Assembly: GCA_003554785.1 (NCBI GenBank)
Contig: PWHG01000057.1
Location: 1 to 57,677 of the forward strand
From: Candidatus Falkowbacteria bacterium
GTDB lineage: Bacteria > Patescibacteriota > Patescibacteriia > Patescibacteriales > UBA12465
Direction of reading: 5' to 3'
DNA length: 57,677 nucleotides
Under the pieces are notes generated by a model that was not told where the DNA came from, did not search any database, and saw only the letters and a program-made list of their open reading frames with translations. Both the position numbers and the translations under genes were made by a program. Shown here piece by piece: positions 47,389 to 57,100 of the stretch; position 1 is the stretch's first letter; every line of letters begins with the position of its first letter.

Positions 47389-47766
47389 CTAAGGCCAAGT
47401 CGTTATATCTGCAACTTGAGTTATAACAAATGTGCTGATTCCCCATGAAAGTAAAATAATAATTAAACCAATCAAACCGGCTATTAAAATCTTTTTTGCT
47501 TGACCAACTTGCTCTTGATTACCACCTGAAGTCATCCATTTAAAGCCACCAACTAAAACAACAACAACAGAAATAATACCTAAAAAAGTTAAAACCAAAT
47601 TTATTATTTTAACAGTAACTACCCTCGGGTCTTCGTTGCTAAGATGAATATTTCCTTCTTCAATCATATCAGTACCAAGTCTATCTGCTAGTACTAAGGT
47701 AGGGGTAATTAAAAAAACTAAAAAAGAAATTATTAAAATTAATTTAGATATTTTATTATTTAACAT
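47389..47766 (-). CDS. VirB2/TrbC-like pilin, array member 2
   Basis: GFKWMTSGGNQEQVGQAKK.L.AGLIGL. Confidence 0.8.
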   Translation of the reverse strand: MLNNKISKLILIISFLVFLITPTLVLADRLGTDMIEEGNIHLSNEDPRVVTVKIINLVLTFLGIISVVVVLVGGFKWMTSGGNQEQVGQAKKILIAGLIGLIIILLSWGISTFVITQVADITTWP

Positions 47767-47780
47767 AATTTACATATAAC

Positions 47781-47816
47781 ACTGCCTGAGGCGCCAATTT
47801 TGATGCCCCAGACAGT
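47781..47816 (-). promoter_or_regulatory. GC-rich intercistronic hairpin without U-tract
   Basis: ACTGTCTGGGGCATCA-AAAT-TGGCGCCTCAGGCAGT; 15 of 16 pairs including G.U on the minus strand. Confidence 0.65.
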
Positions 47817-47849
47817 GGTTCCCAACTAAATTATTTGAGAACCATTGAT

Positions 47850-48230
47850 TTATTGAGCAAGGTCAGGGATTGTTGTTAAAACCCAAGTACTAATACCCCA
47901 AGCTAGTAGAACAATCACTAAACCAATTAAACCTCCTATTAATAATTTTTTAGCTGCTCCAACTTTTTCTTCATTTCCACCGGCGGTCATCCATTTAAAG
48001 CCACCAATTAAGACAATCACAACTGCTACTAAACCTAAAAAGGATAGCACTAGGTTTATAATACCAACAGCTGCACTCCTTGGTTCTACATTTCCATCTA
48101 ATTCTAAGTTACCCATTGCTGGATCATTAATGCCATAAGGATCATCACTTTGAGCATTAGAAATGGCTGGTGCTAATAGTAAAGCAAATAGAGACATGAC
48201 TAACATTCCTTTTATTAATTTTTTAATCAT
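47850..48230 (-). CDS. VirB2/TrbC-like pilin, array member 1, probable major subunit
   Basis: GFKWMTAGGNEEKVGAAKK.L.GGLIGL; signal peptide ending SNA; SD AAAGGTGGTGA. Confidence 0.82.
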   Translation of the reverse strand: MIKKLIKGMLVMSLFALLLAPAISNAQSDDPYGINDPAMGNLELDGNVEPRSAAVGIINLVLSFLGLVAVVIVLIGGFKWMTAGGNEEKVGAAKKLLIGGLIGLVIVLLAWGISTWVLTTIPDLAQ

Positions 48231-48357
48231 AATTCACCACCTTTCTAGTATTAATTTTTTTATATTAAAATTTTAACATATTATTTAAAATATAACAATA
48301 AAAATTAAAAAATAAAATAATAAGTATGTTATAATAATATTAACTTATATTAAATTT

Positions 48358-49965
48358 ATGAATTTTAAAAAAATATTATTATTTATTTTAATTTTAAGTG
48401 TTGTTTTTTATTTATTTTCATTATTATTAAATAACTCTTATTCATATTTAGACCCAGATTTAGGTTGGCATTTTAAGGTAGGTGAAGATATTTTAGAAAA
48501 AGGTGATGCACCAAGACTTAATCACTATAATTTTACATTACTTAATGAATCCTGGATTGATCATGAATGGTTAATGGAAGTTTTAATGTATTCAATATAT
48601 GATTTTTCTTATTTATCACTACATTTATTTTTTGTTGTTATAGCTCTCTTAGCTTTTTTTATAGCCATAATTCCAACTCTAAAAGAATATAAATATAGAC
48701 CAGCAGTTTTTTTTGCTGCAGCTTTACCCTTAATTTTTGGTATATATATTTCAACTCCTCATTTAGGTTTGCGACCTCAGGAATTTGCTTTACTTTTTAC
48801 TTCTATTTTGCTTTTAATAATTTATAATTATGAAAAAAAAGTAAATTGGAAGTATTTATTTATTTTACCCATATTATTTTTTGTTTGGGCTAATTTACAT
48901 GGTAGTTTTATTTTAGGTTTAGGGCTTTTATTTGCTTGGTTTTTTATAAAAGTTATATTTTTTAATAAGTATTTTTATAAATTATTTAATAAATTAAAAT
49001 TGCAAGCAGGCAGACAATTAGAAACAAAGGAAAGAAAAATATTTTCTTTATTTTTAGTGATTACAATAATTTTTACTCTCCTAAACCCCTATGGCTTTGA
49101 TCTGTATTTATCTCTTTTTGAGTATAGTAATACTTACTATTTAAGCAATATTGCTGAGTGGTTATCGCAATTTTCTTATCCATTTAAATATAATCAATTA
49201 TTATATCTAACAATTAGCTTGGCAATGGTTTTAATATTTATATTTTTTGAACCAGTAAAAAAAAGAGGTAAATTGAATATTTGGTCTTTATTTATATATT
49301 TTTTCTTTTTAATTTTAGCTTTTAAGTCCCGAAGACACTTTCCTTTGTTTGTTATTGTTAATTTAGGTTTTTTTACTCAAATTCTTCTTTTTTATGGACA
49401 AGAATTCAAAAAGTTGAAACCCCCGAAGTTTTTATTTATTATAAATTCCTTTATTGTTATTATAATCACTATTCTTTTATCTTTTAATTATTTTAAAACT
49501 ATAAATTGGCACCAAGATCCTTTTAATAATTTTTGTTATAATTACCCTTGCGAGGCGGTTTCATTTATGAAATCAAGCGATGATTTAAAAGACCTGAATC
49601 TATATAATCATTATGGCTGGGGAGGTTATATGATTTGGATGTATCCAGAAAAACTATTATTTATCGACGGTCGAATGCCACATTACCCTTATAATGATAT
49701 AAGTATATTAGAGGAATACAATAAATTTAAAAGTGAAGATGAAAAGCAAATAGAAAAAATGATTGATAAGCATGAAATCGAATTATTTTTGCTCAAATCA
49801 CACTTTAGAGAAATTGAATTTAAAGCTTGGGAAAATTTTTTGTTTGGCTTTAATGATGAAAATATTATCTATAGAAACAACTTAATTGACTATTTAAATC
49901 AATCAACTAGTTTTAAAAATATTTATGAAGATAAAACAGCTATAATATTTAAAAAAATTAATTAA
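48358..49965 (+). CDS. Polytopic membrane protein, putative GT-C glycosyltransferase
   Basis: About 11 TM; DPDLGWH and WIDHEWL in the first external loop; RPQ, WANLHGSF, NPYG, FIDGR; 4 nt upstream of a GT2 gene. Confidence 0.6.
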   Translation: MNFKKILLFILILSVVFYLFSLLLNNSYSYLDPDLGWHFKVGEDILEKGDAPRLNHYNFTLLNESWIDHEWLMEVLMYSIYDFSYLSLHLFFVVIALLAFFIAIIPTLKEYKYRPAVFFAAALPLIFGIYISTPHLGLRPQEFALLFTSILLLIIYNYEKKVNWKYLFILPILFFVWANLHGSFILGLGLLFAWFFIKVIFFNKYFYKLFNKLKLQAGRQLETKERKIFSLFLVITIIFTLLNPYGFDLYLSLFEYSNTYYLSNIAEWLSQFSYPFKYNQLLYLTISLAMVLIFIFFEPVKKRGKLNIWSLFIYFFFLILAFKSRRHFPLFVIVNLGFFTQILLFYGQEFKKLKPPKFLFIINSFIVIIITILLSFNYFKTINWHQDPFNNFCYNYPCEAVSFMKSSDDLKDLNLYNHYGWGGYMIWMYPEKLLFIDGRMPHYPYNDISILEEYNKFKSEDEKQIEKMIDKHEIELFLLKSHFREIEFKAWENFLFGFNDENIIYRNNLIDYLNQSTSFKNIYEDKTAIIFKKIN

Positions 49966-49969
49966 TTAT

Positions 49970-50704
49970 ATGCAAGTATTAATATGTTTGCCAATAAAAG
50001 ATGAAGAAAAGATATTGAGAAAAAATGTAGAGATATTAATGAGTTTTTTAAATAAAAAAAACTGGCCTTTTACTTACCAAATAGCCTTAATGATTAATGG
50101 ATCAACTGATAAGTCAAGAAGTATCGCAGAAAAATTGTCTGAAAAATATAAGAATGAATTAAAGGTTTTAGAAATAAAGGAGGGGGGTAAAGGACGGGCA
50201 ATAAAATACTGTTTTGATAGCTTTTTAGATAAAGATGTTTTGGTTTACATGGATGCTGATTTGGCCGTGTCACTAGAAAATTTAAAAGACTTAATAATGC
50301 CAATTGTTAAAAATGAAGCTGATTTTGTGTTAGGTTCACGTATGCTTAAAAATTCAAAAACAAATCGCAGTATTTATAGAAGCTATACATCTAATATATA
50401 TAATTATCTAACTAAAATTTTGTTTAGTCATAATTTAACTGACTTTCAATGTGGATTTAAGGCAATTAAATCAAATGTATATAAAACTATAAGACCGCAA
50501 TTAAAACACGATTCATGGTTTTTTGACACTGAATGGATAATTTTAGCTTTATCTAATAATTTTAAACTTAAAGAAGTAGCGGTAAATTGGCAAGACAATC
50601 GTTATATTAAAAGAAAGAGTTCAGTTATGACTATAAAGTTAGGTTTAATTTTTTTTAAAAATTTAATTAAATTAAAATTAAGAAATAAAAAACCTACTAA
50701 TTAA
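49970..50704 (+). CDS. GT2, polyprenyl/dolichyl-phosphate sugar synthase-like (Alg5/DPG type)
   Basis: NGSTD, GKGRA, YMDADL, GSR, DFQCGFKA, WFFDTE. Confidence 0.85.
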   Translation: MQVLICLPIKDEEKILRKNVEILMSFLNKKNWPFTYQIALMINGSTDKSRSIAEKLSEKYKNELKVLEIKEGGKGRAIKYCFDSFLDKDVLVYMDADLAVSLENLKDLIMPIVKNEADFVLGSRMLKNSKTNRSIYRSYTSNIYNYLTKILFSHNLTDFQCGFKAIKSNVYKTIRPQLKHDSWFFDTEWIILALSNNFKLKEVAVNWQDNRYIKRKSSVMTIKLGLIFFKNLIKLKLRNKKPTN

Positions 50705-50721
50705 ATTATTAGCAGGTTTTT
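50687..50721. terminator. Probable bidirectional terminator
   Basis: AAAAAACCTACTAAT..ATTAGCAGGTTTTT. Confidence 0.6.
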
Positions 50722-50730
50722 AGTAATTTT

Positions 50731-51117
50731 TTATTTGGGAATATATTTATCAAAACTTTTCTTTTTTTCGGCATCTTCTTTTCTTTTTGGGATTTTTCTA
50801 AGATGTTTAATAAGAAAATAAAGCCAGGTAACTATTAAAGCAAACCAAAGTATAAGCCAAAACCTAGCTGAAAGAAAAGGTACTTCTTGCCAACTAAAAA
50901 AGAATAATAGTAAACCTATCATTAAATTACTAGCAGAGAAATCATAAAACCTACGCCAAAATGATCGATAAATTTTCCTTTTTCTTTTAAAATAAAAAGC
51001 AAAAGCAGATAAAATTAGAAATATAACTAAAACTCCTAAAAACAAGGAATTAAAAATTTCTAGCATAGCTGGTGGTCTTAAATTAAGCCAAAAAGACCAG
51101 GTTAAAAGATTGTTCAT
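50731..51117 (-). CDS. Hypothetical membrane protein (3 TM)
   Basis: 128-aa ORF at the operon end with a basic C-terminal tail. Confidence 0.7.
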   Translation of the reverse strand: MNNLLTWSFWLNLRPPAMLEIFNSLFLGVLVIFLILSAFAFYFKRKRKIYRSFWRRFYDFSASNLMIGLLLFFFSWQEVPFLSARFWLILWFALIVTWLYFLIKHLRKIPKRKEDAEKKKSFDKYIPK

Positions 51118-51119
51118 AA

Positions 51120-51677
51120 TTATAATTTATTAAATATTAAAGCAAAATGGTACGGTCCAGGATTAAACTCTTCAATTAATTTTAGACCTAATTTAGGAGC
51201 TGTTTCTTTTACAGCTTCTGGGTTTACTCGCCTATTGGGCTCTGGCCCTAAAGGAGAAGCGGTTAATTGCCAATCAACTATTAGCAATAGACCATTTGTT
51301 TTTAACATTCTAATTGCTTCTTGTAAAATTTCTTTTCTGTTATTTGATTGGTTTAATACATTTACGATTAAGACTATATCAAGAGAAGAAGAGTTAATTT
51401 TAGTTCCCTTAAAAATCTCTAAGTCACTCCAAATCGCTTTAACTTGTTTTAAATTGTGTTCCCAGGCTGACTTTTTTACATCTTCCACTGTATCTTGCAA
51501 AATGTCAACCGCGTAAACCAAACCATTATCACCTACTCTTTCTGCTAAAGGTTTTACAAAATATTCAAATTTACCGCATCCCAAATCAGCTACTTTAAAT
51601 GATTCTCTAATTTTTAATTTATTTAATATAAGGTTTATATCAAATAATTGATTATTATTTTTTTTCATATTATTCAA
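51120..51677 (-). CDS. Class I SAM methyltransferase
   Basis: VADLGCG, GLVYAVDI, GLLLIVDW, GPYHF. Confidence 0.85.
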   Translation of the reverse strand: MNNMKKNNNQLFDINLILNKLKIRESFKVADLGCGKFEYFVKPLAERVGDNGLVYAVDILQDTVEDVKKSAWEHNLKQVKAIWSDLEIFKGTKINSSSLDIVLIVNVLNQSNNRKEILQEAIRMLKTNGLLLIVDWQLTASPLGPEPNRRVNPEAVKETAPKLGLKLIEEFNPGPYHFALIFNKL

Positions 51678-52329
51678 CTAATATTTGTTTTTCAATGATA
51701 TTTTCTTGGCTATACTTTTTTTGAGAAATAATAACTATTTCATTAATACCTTGTTTTAAATCAATGCCGGTAGAGAAATTTCCGTTATTTTCTAAAAATA
51801 TAGTTTTTCCATTTATAGTTAATTTTGCACTAGGATCGGTTTTGCCAGAAATATTGATTTTTTGTTTTTCAATTGTGATATTGTCTTTTGGTTCATGGAT
51901 AACTAACTCCGGCATTTCCCGGGCTTTTAAAAGGTAAAAAGATAAATAAGAAAAAAAAGCTAAAATAATTAAAACCAATAAAATATTGCGAATTATTTTC
52001 GGAAAAACTAGAAAATTTTTACGTTTTATCTGTTTTTTAGAAAAAGGATTATTTTGTGGATTTTCTAATGCAAAGGGTGTTTTATTTAATATTTCTTCGG
52101 GATCAATTTGTAAAAATTGAGCATATTTTTTTATAAAATTTTTCCCATATAATCCAGAAGGTAGGACAGAAAAGTTTTCATTTTCCATGGCAATTAAATA
52201 ATCTTGTTTAATGCCAGTTTTATAAGCTGCTTGTTTTAAATTTAAATGAAGAGAGTTTCTAGCTTGCCTTAATCTTTCACCGGCCTTTTCTTCAATGTTG
52301 ATTTTCTTTTGTGTAAAAACTGGTGTCAT
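51670..52329 (-). CDS. RodZ-like HTH-TM protein with Ig-like C-terminus
   Basis: GERLRQAR, AMENENF..LP..LY.KNFIKKYA.FL; one TM. Confidence 0.8.
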   Translation of the reverse strand: MTPVFTQKKINIEEKAGERLRQARNSLHLNLKQAAYKTGIKQDYLIAMENENFSVLPSGLYGKNFIKKYAQFLQIDPEEILNKTPFALENPQNNPFSKKQIKRKNFLVFPKIIRNILLVLIILAFFSYLSFYLLKAREMPELVIHEPKDNITIEKQKINISGKTDPSAKLTINGKTIFLENNGNFSTGIDLKQGINEIVIISQKKYSQENIIEKQILVE

Positions 52330-52331
52330 AT

Positions 52332-52727
52332 TTATATATTAATGAAACTTCCATCCCAATCTACATTTAAAGCGCTCAATACAAAACTAATTATTAAAAA
52401 ACTTGTGAATACAATAATTAAGCCAATAACAGCAGCTTTAATAATTCCCTTAGCTTTGTTTACTTGTTCTGTGTTGCCAGATGAAAGCAAAAACATAAGT
52501 CCACCATAAATAAAAAATAGCAAAGCTAAAGATCCAACAAAACGTAAAATTAGATCTGAGGCTCTTATTATCAACTCAACAAAATCATTAAGCTTATAAT
52601 CACCAGTTTCATAAGCAGAGCCGTTTTTTCTTTCTGGTGTTATTAATGATTGTGCACTACTAATATTTGCTATAAATAAAAATAGATAGGATATTATTAG
52701 CTTGACACTATATTTTATAATTTTCAT
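52332..52727 (-). CDS. VirB2/TrbC-like pilin
   Basis: YGGLMFLLSSGNTEQVNKAK.II.AAVIGL. Confidence 0.78.
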   Translation of the reverse strand: MKIIKYSVKLIISYLFLFIANISSAQSLITPERKNGSAYETGDYKLNDFVELIIRASDLILRFVGSLALLFFIYGGLMFLLSSGNTEQVNKAKGIIKAAVIGLIIVFTSFLIISFVLSALNVDWDGSFINI

Positions 52728-52729
52728 AT

Positions 52730-54106
52730 TTATCTAATAGTTTGATTTACTCTTGATGCACCTGTATTTAAAATATTAATTAATTCTTCTTCTGTATTTA
52801 AAGCATCTTTAACCATGGTCTTTATAGCAGTTTCTGCAGACTCTGGATTTCTACCTCTATACCAACTATCTGCAGTTAATAATTGATCAATAAAAACTCT
52901 TATTTCTTCATTTTCTTGACTTTGCCTATCAACTAATGAGCGAAGAGCTGTTGGCCTATTAGTACTTTCTAAATAACTAGTTACTTGTTCTTCTTGGGTA
53001 GCAAATTTAATAAAGTCCCAAGCTTCGTTTATATGTTCACTTTTATGGGAAACTACTTCTACCCAATAATTAGCAAAATTAATACTGTAGGGGCTGTTTT
53101 CAATTTGTGGTAATTTAGATACGGAAAAGTTTAAACGTGGTGATAAAGATTTTATAGTATCTAAGTGGTATGAATAACCAAACATAATAGCAAGATTACC
53201 TTGGCTAAACATTTCTATAGAATCAGGTAAACTCTCATTCCAAGAATAAACTTCCTTATTTATACTAGCAAAATCAGTATAAAATCTTAGAGCTTCAAGT
53301 CCGGGATTGTAATCACGTCCAGACATTGCTTCTGGAATTCTTTGGAAGGTAACTTGATTGTTTCTCATCATTTCTGCACCATTTTGCATCATTAAAATTG
53401 ATAAAATATCAGTAGATCTCTCAATATTATCAGCTCCTCCCATAGCTACACCTGCTTGAACAATATTTTGATTAGCATCTTGTCTAGTTAAATTGCGGAC
53501 ATTTTCTTGAAAAGTACGATTCCAGTAAGCTGGTGGATTTGTGATACCAGCCCGATTGAACAAATCACGATTGTAATACATTGCTAGAGTGTCAACTGAA
53601 AGTGGAAGACCATAAATTTTTCCATCATCTAAAACTACGTCTTTGGAAACAACATCTAAAAAGACGTTACTTAATTCATTTGCGCTTAAACTCGGATTTT
53701 CTCTTATTTGCGGAACTATTTCTTCTTTAATGGTGCCAACATTAACTAAATAAGCCATTCTGGTTACTGGAGGCATAGGAGCTATTTTATTTTCATATTT
53801 TTTCATCCAAGTGTTGTGAATAGAGAAAATATCTGGCCCCCTATCTTCAGCTAAAGCGTGTAAAATTTCAGTTTCATATTCATCATAACGAAGTTTTCTA
53901 TAGTTAATGGTTATATTAGGATGTAGGGCGTTGTATTTTTCAATTATTTCTTGAAAATCATCTTTACCATCAAAAACACGCCAATAGTTTAAGGTAATTG
54001 GCTTCATCTTTTCTTCAGCTTCTCTGTTTGTCGTGGTTTTACAGGCAGTAGTGACAAAAAGCAAACTAAATATAAAAATAAATAGAAGGACTATTTTTTT
54101 GTTCAT
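52730..54106 (-). CDS. Extracellular solute-binding lipoprotein, sugar-binding family 1
   Basis: Lipobox TTAC, GPDIF, GKIYGLP..DTLAMYYNRDLF, AWDFIKF. Confidence 0.88.
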   Translation of the reverse strand: MNKKIVLLFIFIFSLLFVTTACKTTTNREAEEKMKPITLNYWRVFDGKDDFQEIIEKYNALHPNITINYRKLRYDEYETEILHALAEDRGPDIFSIHNTWMKKYENKIAPMPPVTRMAYLVNVGTIKEEIVPQIRENPSLSANELSNVFLDVVSKDVVLDDGKIYGLPLSVDTLAMYYNRDLFNRAGITNPPAYWNRTFQENVRNLTRQDANQNIVQAGVAMGGADNIERSTDILSILMMQNGAEMMRNNQVTFQRIPEAMSGRDYNPGLEALRFYTDFASINKEVYSWNESLPDSIEMFSQGNLAIMFGYSYHLDTIKSLSPRLNFSVSKLPQIENSPYSINFANYWVEVVSHKSEHINEAWDFIKFATQEEQVTSYLESTNRPTALRSLVDRQSQENEEIRVFIDQLLTADSWYRGRNPESAETAIKTMVKDALNTEEELINILNTGASRVNQTIR

Positions 54107-54173
54107 ATAAAAATCAATTATTATTATTTGTTTTATTATTATAGCAAAAAATAATAATTAAAGTAAATAAATT

Positions 54174-57100
54174 TTATTTTTTGTTTTCAATTTTCATAGC
54201 TTCTTCTAGCTTTATGCTTAGCAACCTTGAAATTCCGTCACTTTGCATTGTTATTCCGTATAAAATTTCTGCTCTTCTCATTGTAGCTCGATTGTGAGTT
54301 ATAATAATAAATTGAGTTTGGCTGGATAAATCTTCTAGTATTTTAGCTAGTTTTTCTGAATTAGCTTCATCTAAGGCAGCATCAACTTCATCTAAAACTA
54401 CAAACGGAGAAGGATTAACATTAATAATTGCACAGATTAAAGCAATAGCAGTTAATGCCCTTTCTCCACCAGAAAGCATAGCAATTGATTGAATTTTTTT
54501 GCCTGGTGGTATGGCGTGTATATCAATTCCGGATAAACCTAGAGCACTTCTTTTTCGCCATTTTTTACTTTTATTGTTTTTATCATCATCTTCGCCTTCT
54601 TCTTTTTCCTTTTGTTTGATGATTTGAGCCTGACCACCACCAAATAAAATAGTGAAGTATTGATTAAATTTTTCAGCAATAACTTTAAATTCTTTTTCAA
54701 ATCGTGATTTTATCTGTTCATCAAGTTGAGAAATAATTTTTTCTAAAGAATTGATAGCTTCATTTAAATCATTGGTTTGTTGAACTAAAAAATCATATCT
54801 TTCTTTAGTTTTTTGGTATTCACTTTCAGTTTCTGGATCTAAACTTCCAATTTGTTCTAATTGTTTTTTATAATTACTTATTTTTTTTAGTAATTGAGAA
54901 TAATCAATTTCTTCTGGATTAATGTCTTTTACTTCTAAGGGTTTTTTAATATCAATTAAATTCAAATTCTCATTTTTAATAGTTTCTTCTAAATCTTCTA
55001 ATTTAGTTTCTTGTCGTGTGGCCTCTAATTGATATTGATGTAATAATGTGTTGTTTTTTTCTATAATCGATCTTAGATCATCAGCCCTTTTTTGGTTGTT
55101 AATTAATTGTTCTTTTTCAGTCTGACGTTTATTAGCATATTCTTCTAGAGATTCTTTAATAGTTTTTATATCTTTTTCTAAAGTCACAATTTTTTTCTCA
55201 ATTTTATCTTTTTGTGTTTTTAGTTCATCTTTGGAGGCAATATTTTGACTACGATTTATTTTGTCTTCAATATCTTCAATTTCTCTTTTGATATTAAAAT
55301 AATTCTGTTCCAGTAATTTTATTTTTTCTTCTTTACTGGAAATTTTAAAGCGACAATCATTCAATTTTTCCTTTAATTCTTCTTTTTCCTTGTTTAATCT
55401 TTGGCTTAACTTATCTATATTTAAATTTTCTAAAAAGTCTTTTTTTTCTCTGATTTTATCTTGTAATTGAGATTTTTCCTTTTCTAGTTCATTAAATTCT
55501 TGATCGTTTAAAATATTATCTGCTTCTTTTTTAATTGTTTTTAATTGTTCTTCTAATTCTTTCTTTTTAGTTTCTTTTTGTTCTTTTTCTCTAGTTTTTT
55601 GAGATAAATGCCATTTTGTATTGTTTAAATCTTCATTTTTTCCTTGTCTTTTCTCGCTTAAGGAGATAATATCTTCTTGAGTATCTTTTATTTTTGCCAA
55701 CAATTTTTCTTCATCAAAACCTACCAATTCTTTGACTTTTTCTTTAAAGTTTTGTCTGGCTTTAGTTATTAGCTCTTTAATTTTTTCTAGATTTTTTTCT
55801 TTTTCTATTTCTTTTAAATCGTTTAAAAATTGATTTATTTCTTGGTTAATAGTTTTTTTACCAATTCCTTGTTTTGATTTTTCTTCAATTTCTTGATTTA
55901 AGTGTTTTAAAGTTTCTCGCTTTTCTTTAATTGATTTATCAAAAACATTTAATTCGTTTTCTAGTTTTTCTACCTTTTTTATATAATCATCAAGATTATA
56001 TTTAGATAAATCAGTATTATTTTCTTCTATGGATTGTTTTAAAGAATTTTCTGTTTCTTTGTTTTTTTGGAAGTCATAATTATTTTTTCTTTCCATTTTT
56101 GATTCCAAAACAGTATTGGTGCGAATTAATTTTTCTTGTAATTGATTTAATTCTTCCCAAGTTCTTTCTTTTTTTTCTTTATCTTTTTCTAATTGGCTAG
56201 ATTCTGATTGTAATTTTTGCCAATTCGCTTTTAATTCTTCTTCTTTTTTTAATAATTGATTAGTTTTTTCTTCTTCTATTTGGTTTTTTATATCCTTTTT
56301 TTTGTTTAGTAACTCGTCTTTTTTGTTATTTAACCAAGATAGATCATAATTTCCTTGATTTTCTAAATTTAAAGAAATTTCTGTTTGAAGTTGAACTTGT
56401 TTTTTTACTAACTGATTTTTCTTCTCATGTTTTTCTTTTATCTCCTCCTTTAAAGCTTCTTCTTCAGGACTAATTGTTAATTGACTAAATTTTTTATTTT
56501 CTTCCAAGGTTTTTTTTAGTTCTTTTTCCTTCTTGCTTATTTTTTCTTCTAAGCTTAGGATTTCTTGATTTAGATTTTCTAGCTTTGAGGCATATTTATG
56601 ATAGAAATGATTATAATATATATGTTGACTATTTTTTAGATCTGTTTCTAGTTTATCTCTCTTTTTAATTTTTTCTACTTGTCTAGTTAAGGTTTTTAAG
56701 CGAGGACTAATTTCAGTCAATAACATTTCTAGTTGACTTAAATTATCATAACTTTTTTCAAGCTTATTTAAAGCTCCATCTCTTTTAATTTGAAATGACT
56801 TAACTCCAGTAGCTTCATCAAAGAATTCTTTTTTTTCTGTAGCGCTGGTATTTAAGAAGTTTTCCACTAAACCTTGTCCAATAATGCTATAGGTTTTTTG
56901 TCCGATATTAGCTTTGGCTAATAAAATTTGAATATCTAAAAGACGAACTCGATTATTATTTATTAAATATTCACTGTCTCCGTTTCTAGTTAAACGGCGA
57001 GTGATAATTAATTCATCATAATCAAAAGGCGAGATTTCATTTGTATCTTTTTTTTCTCCTTTTTTGTCTTTTTTTTCGTTTTTCAAAAAGAGTGAAACCT

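Noticed and set aside
45278-48230. Pilin array as an integron, shufflon or DGR target
   Set aside because: Spacers are mostly 4-10 nt with no attC or inversion sites, and no integrase, invertase or reverse transcriptase is in the window.
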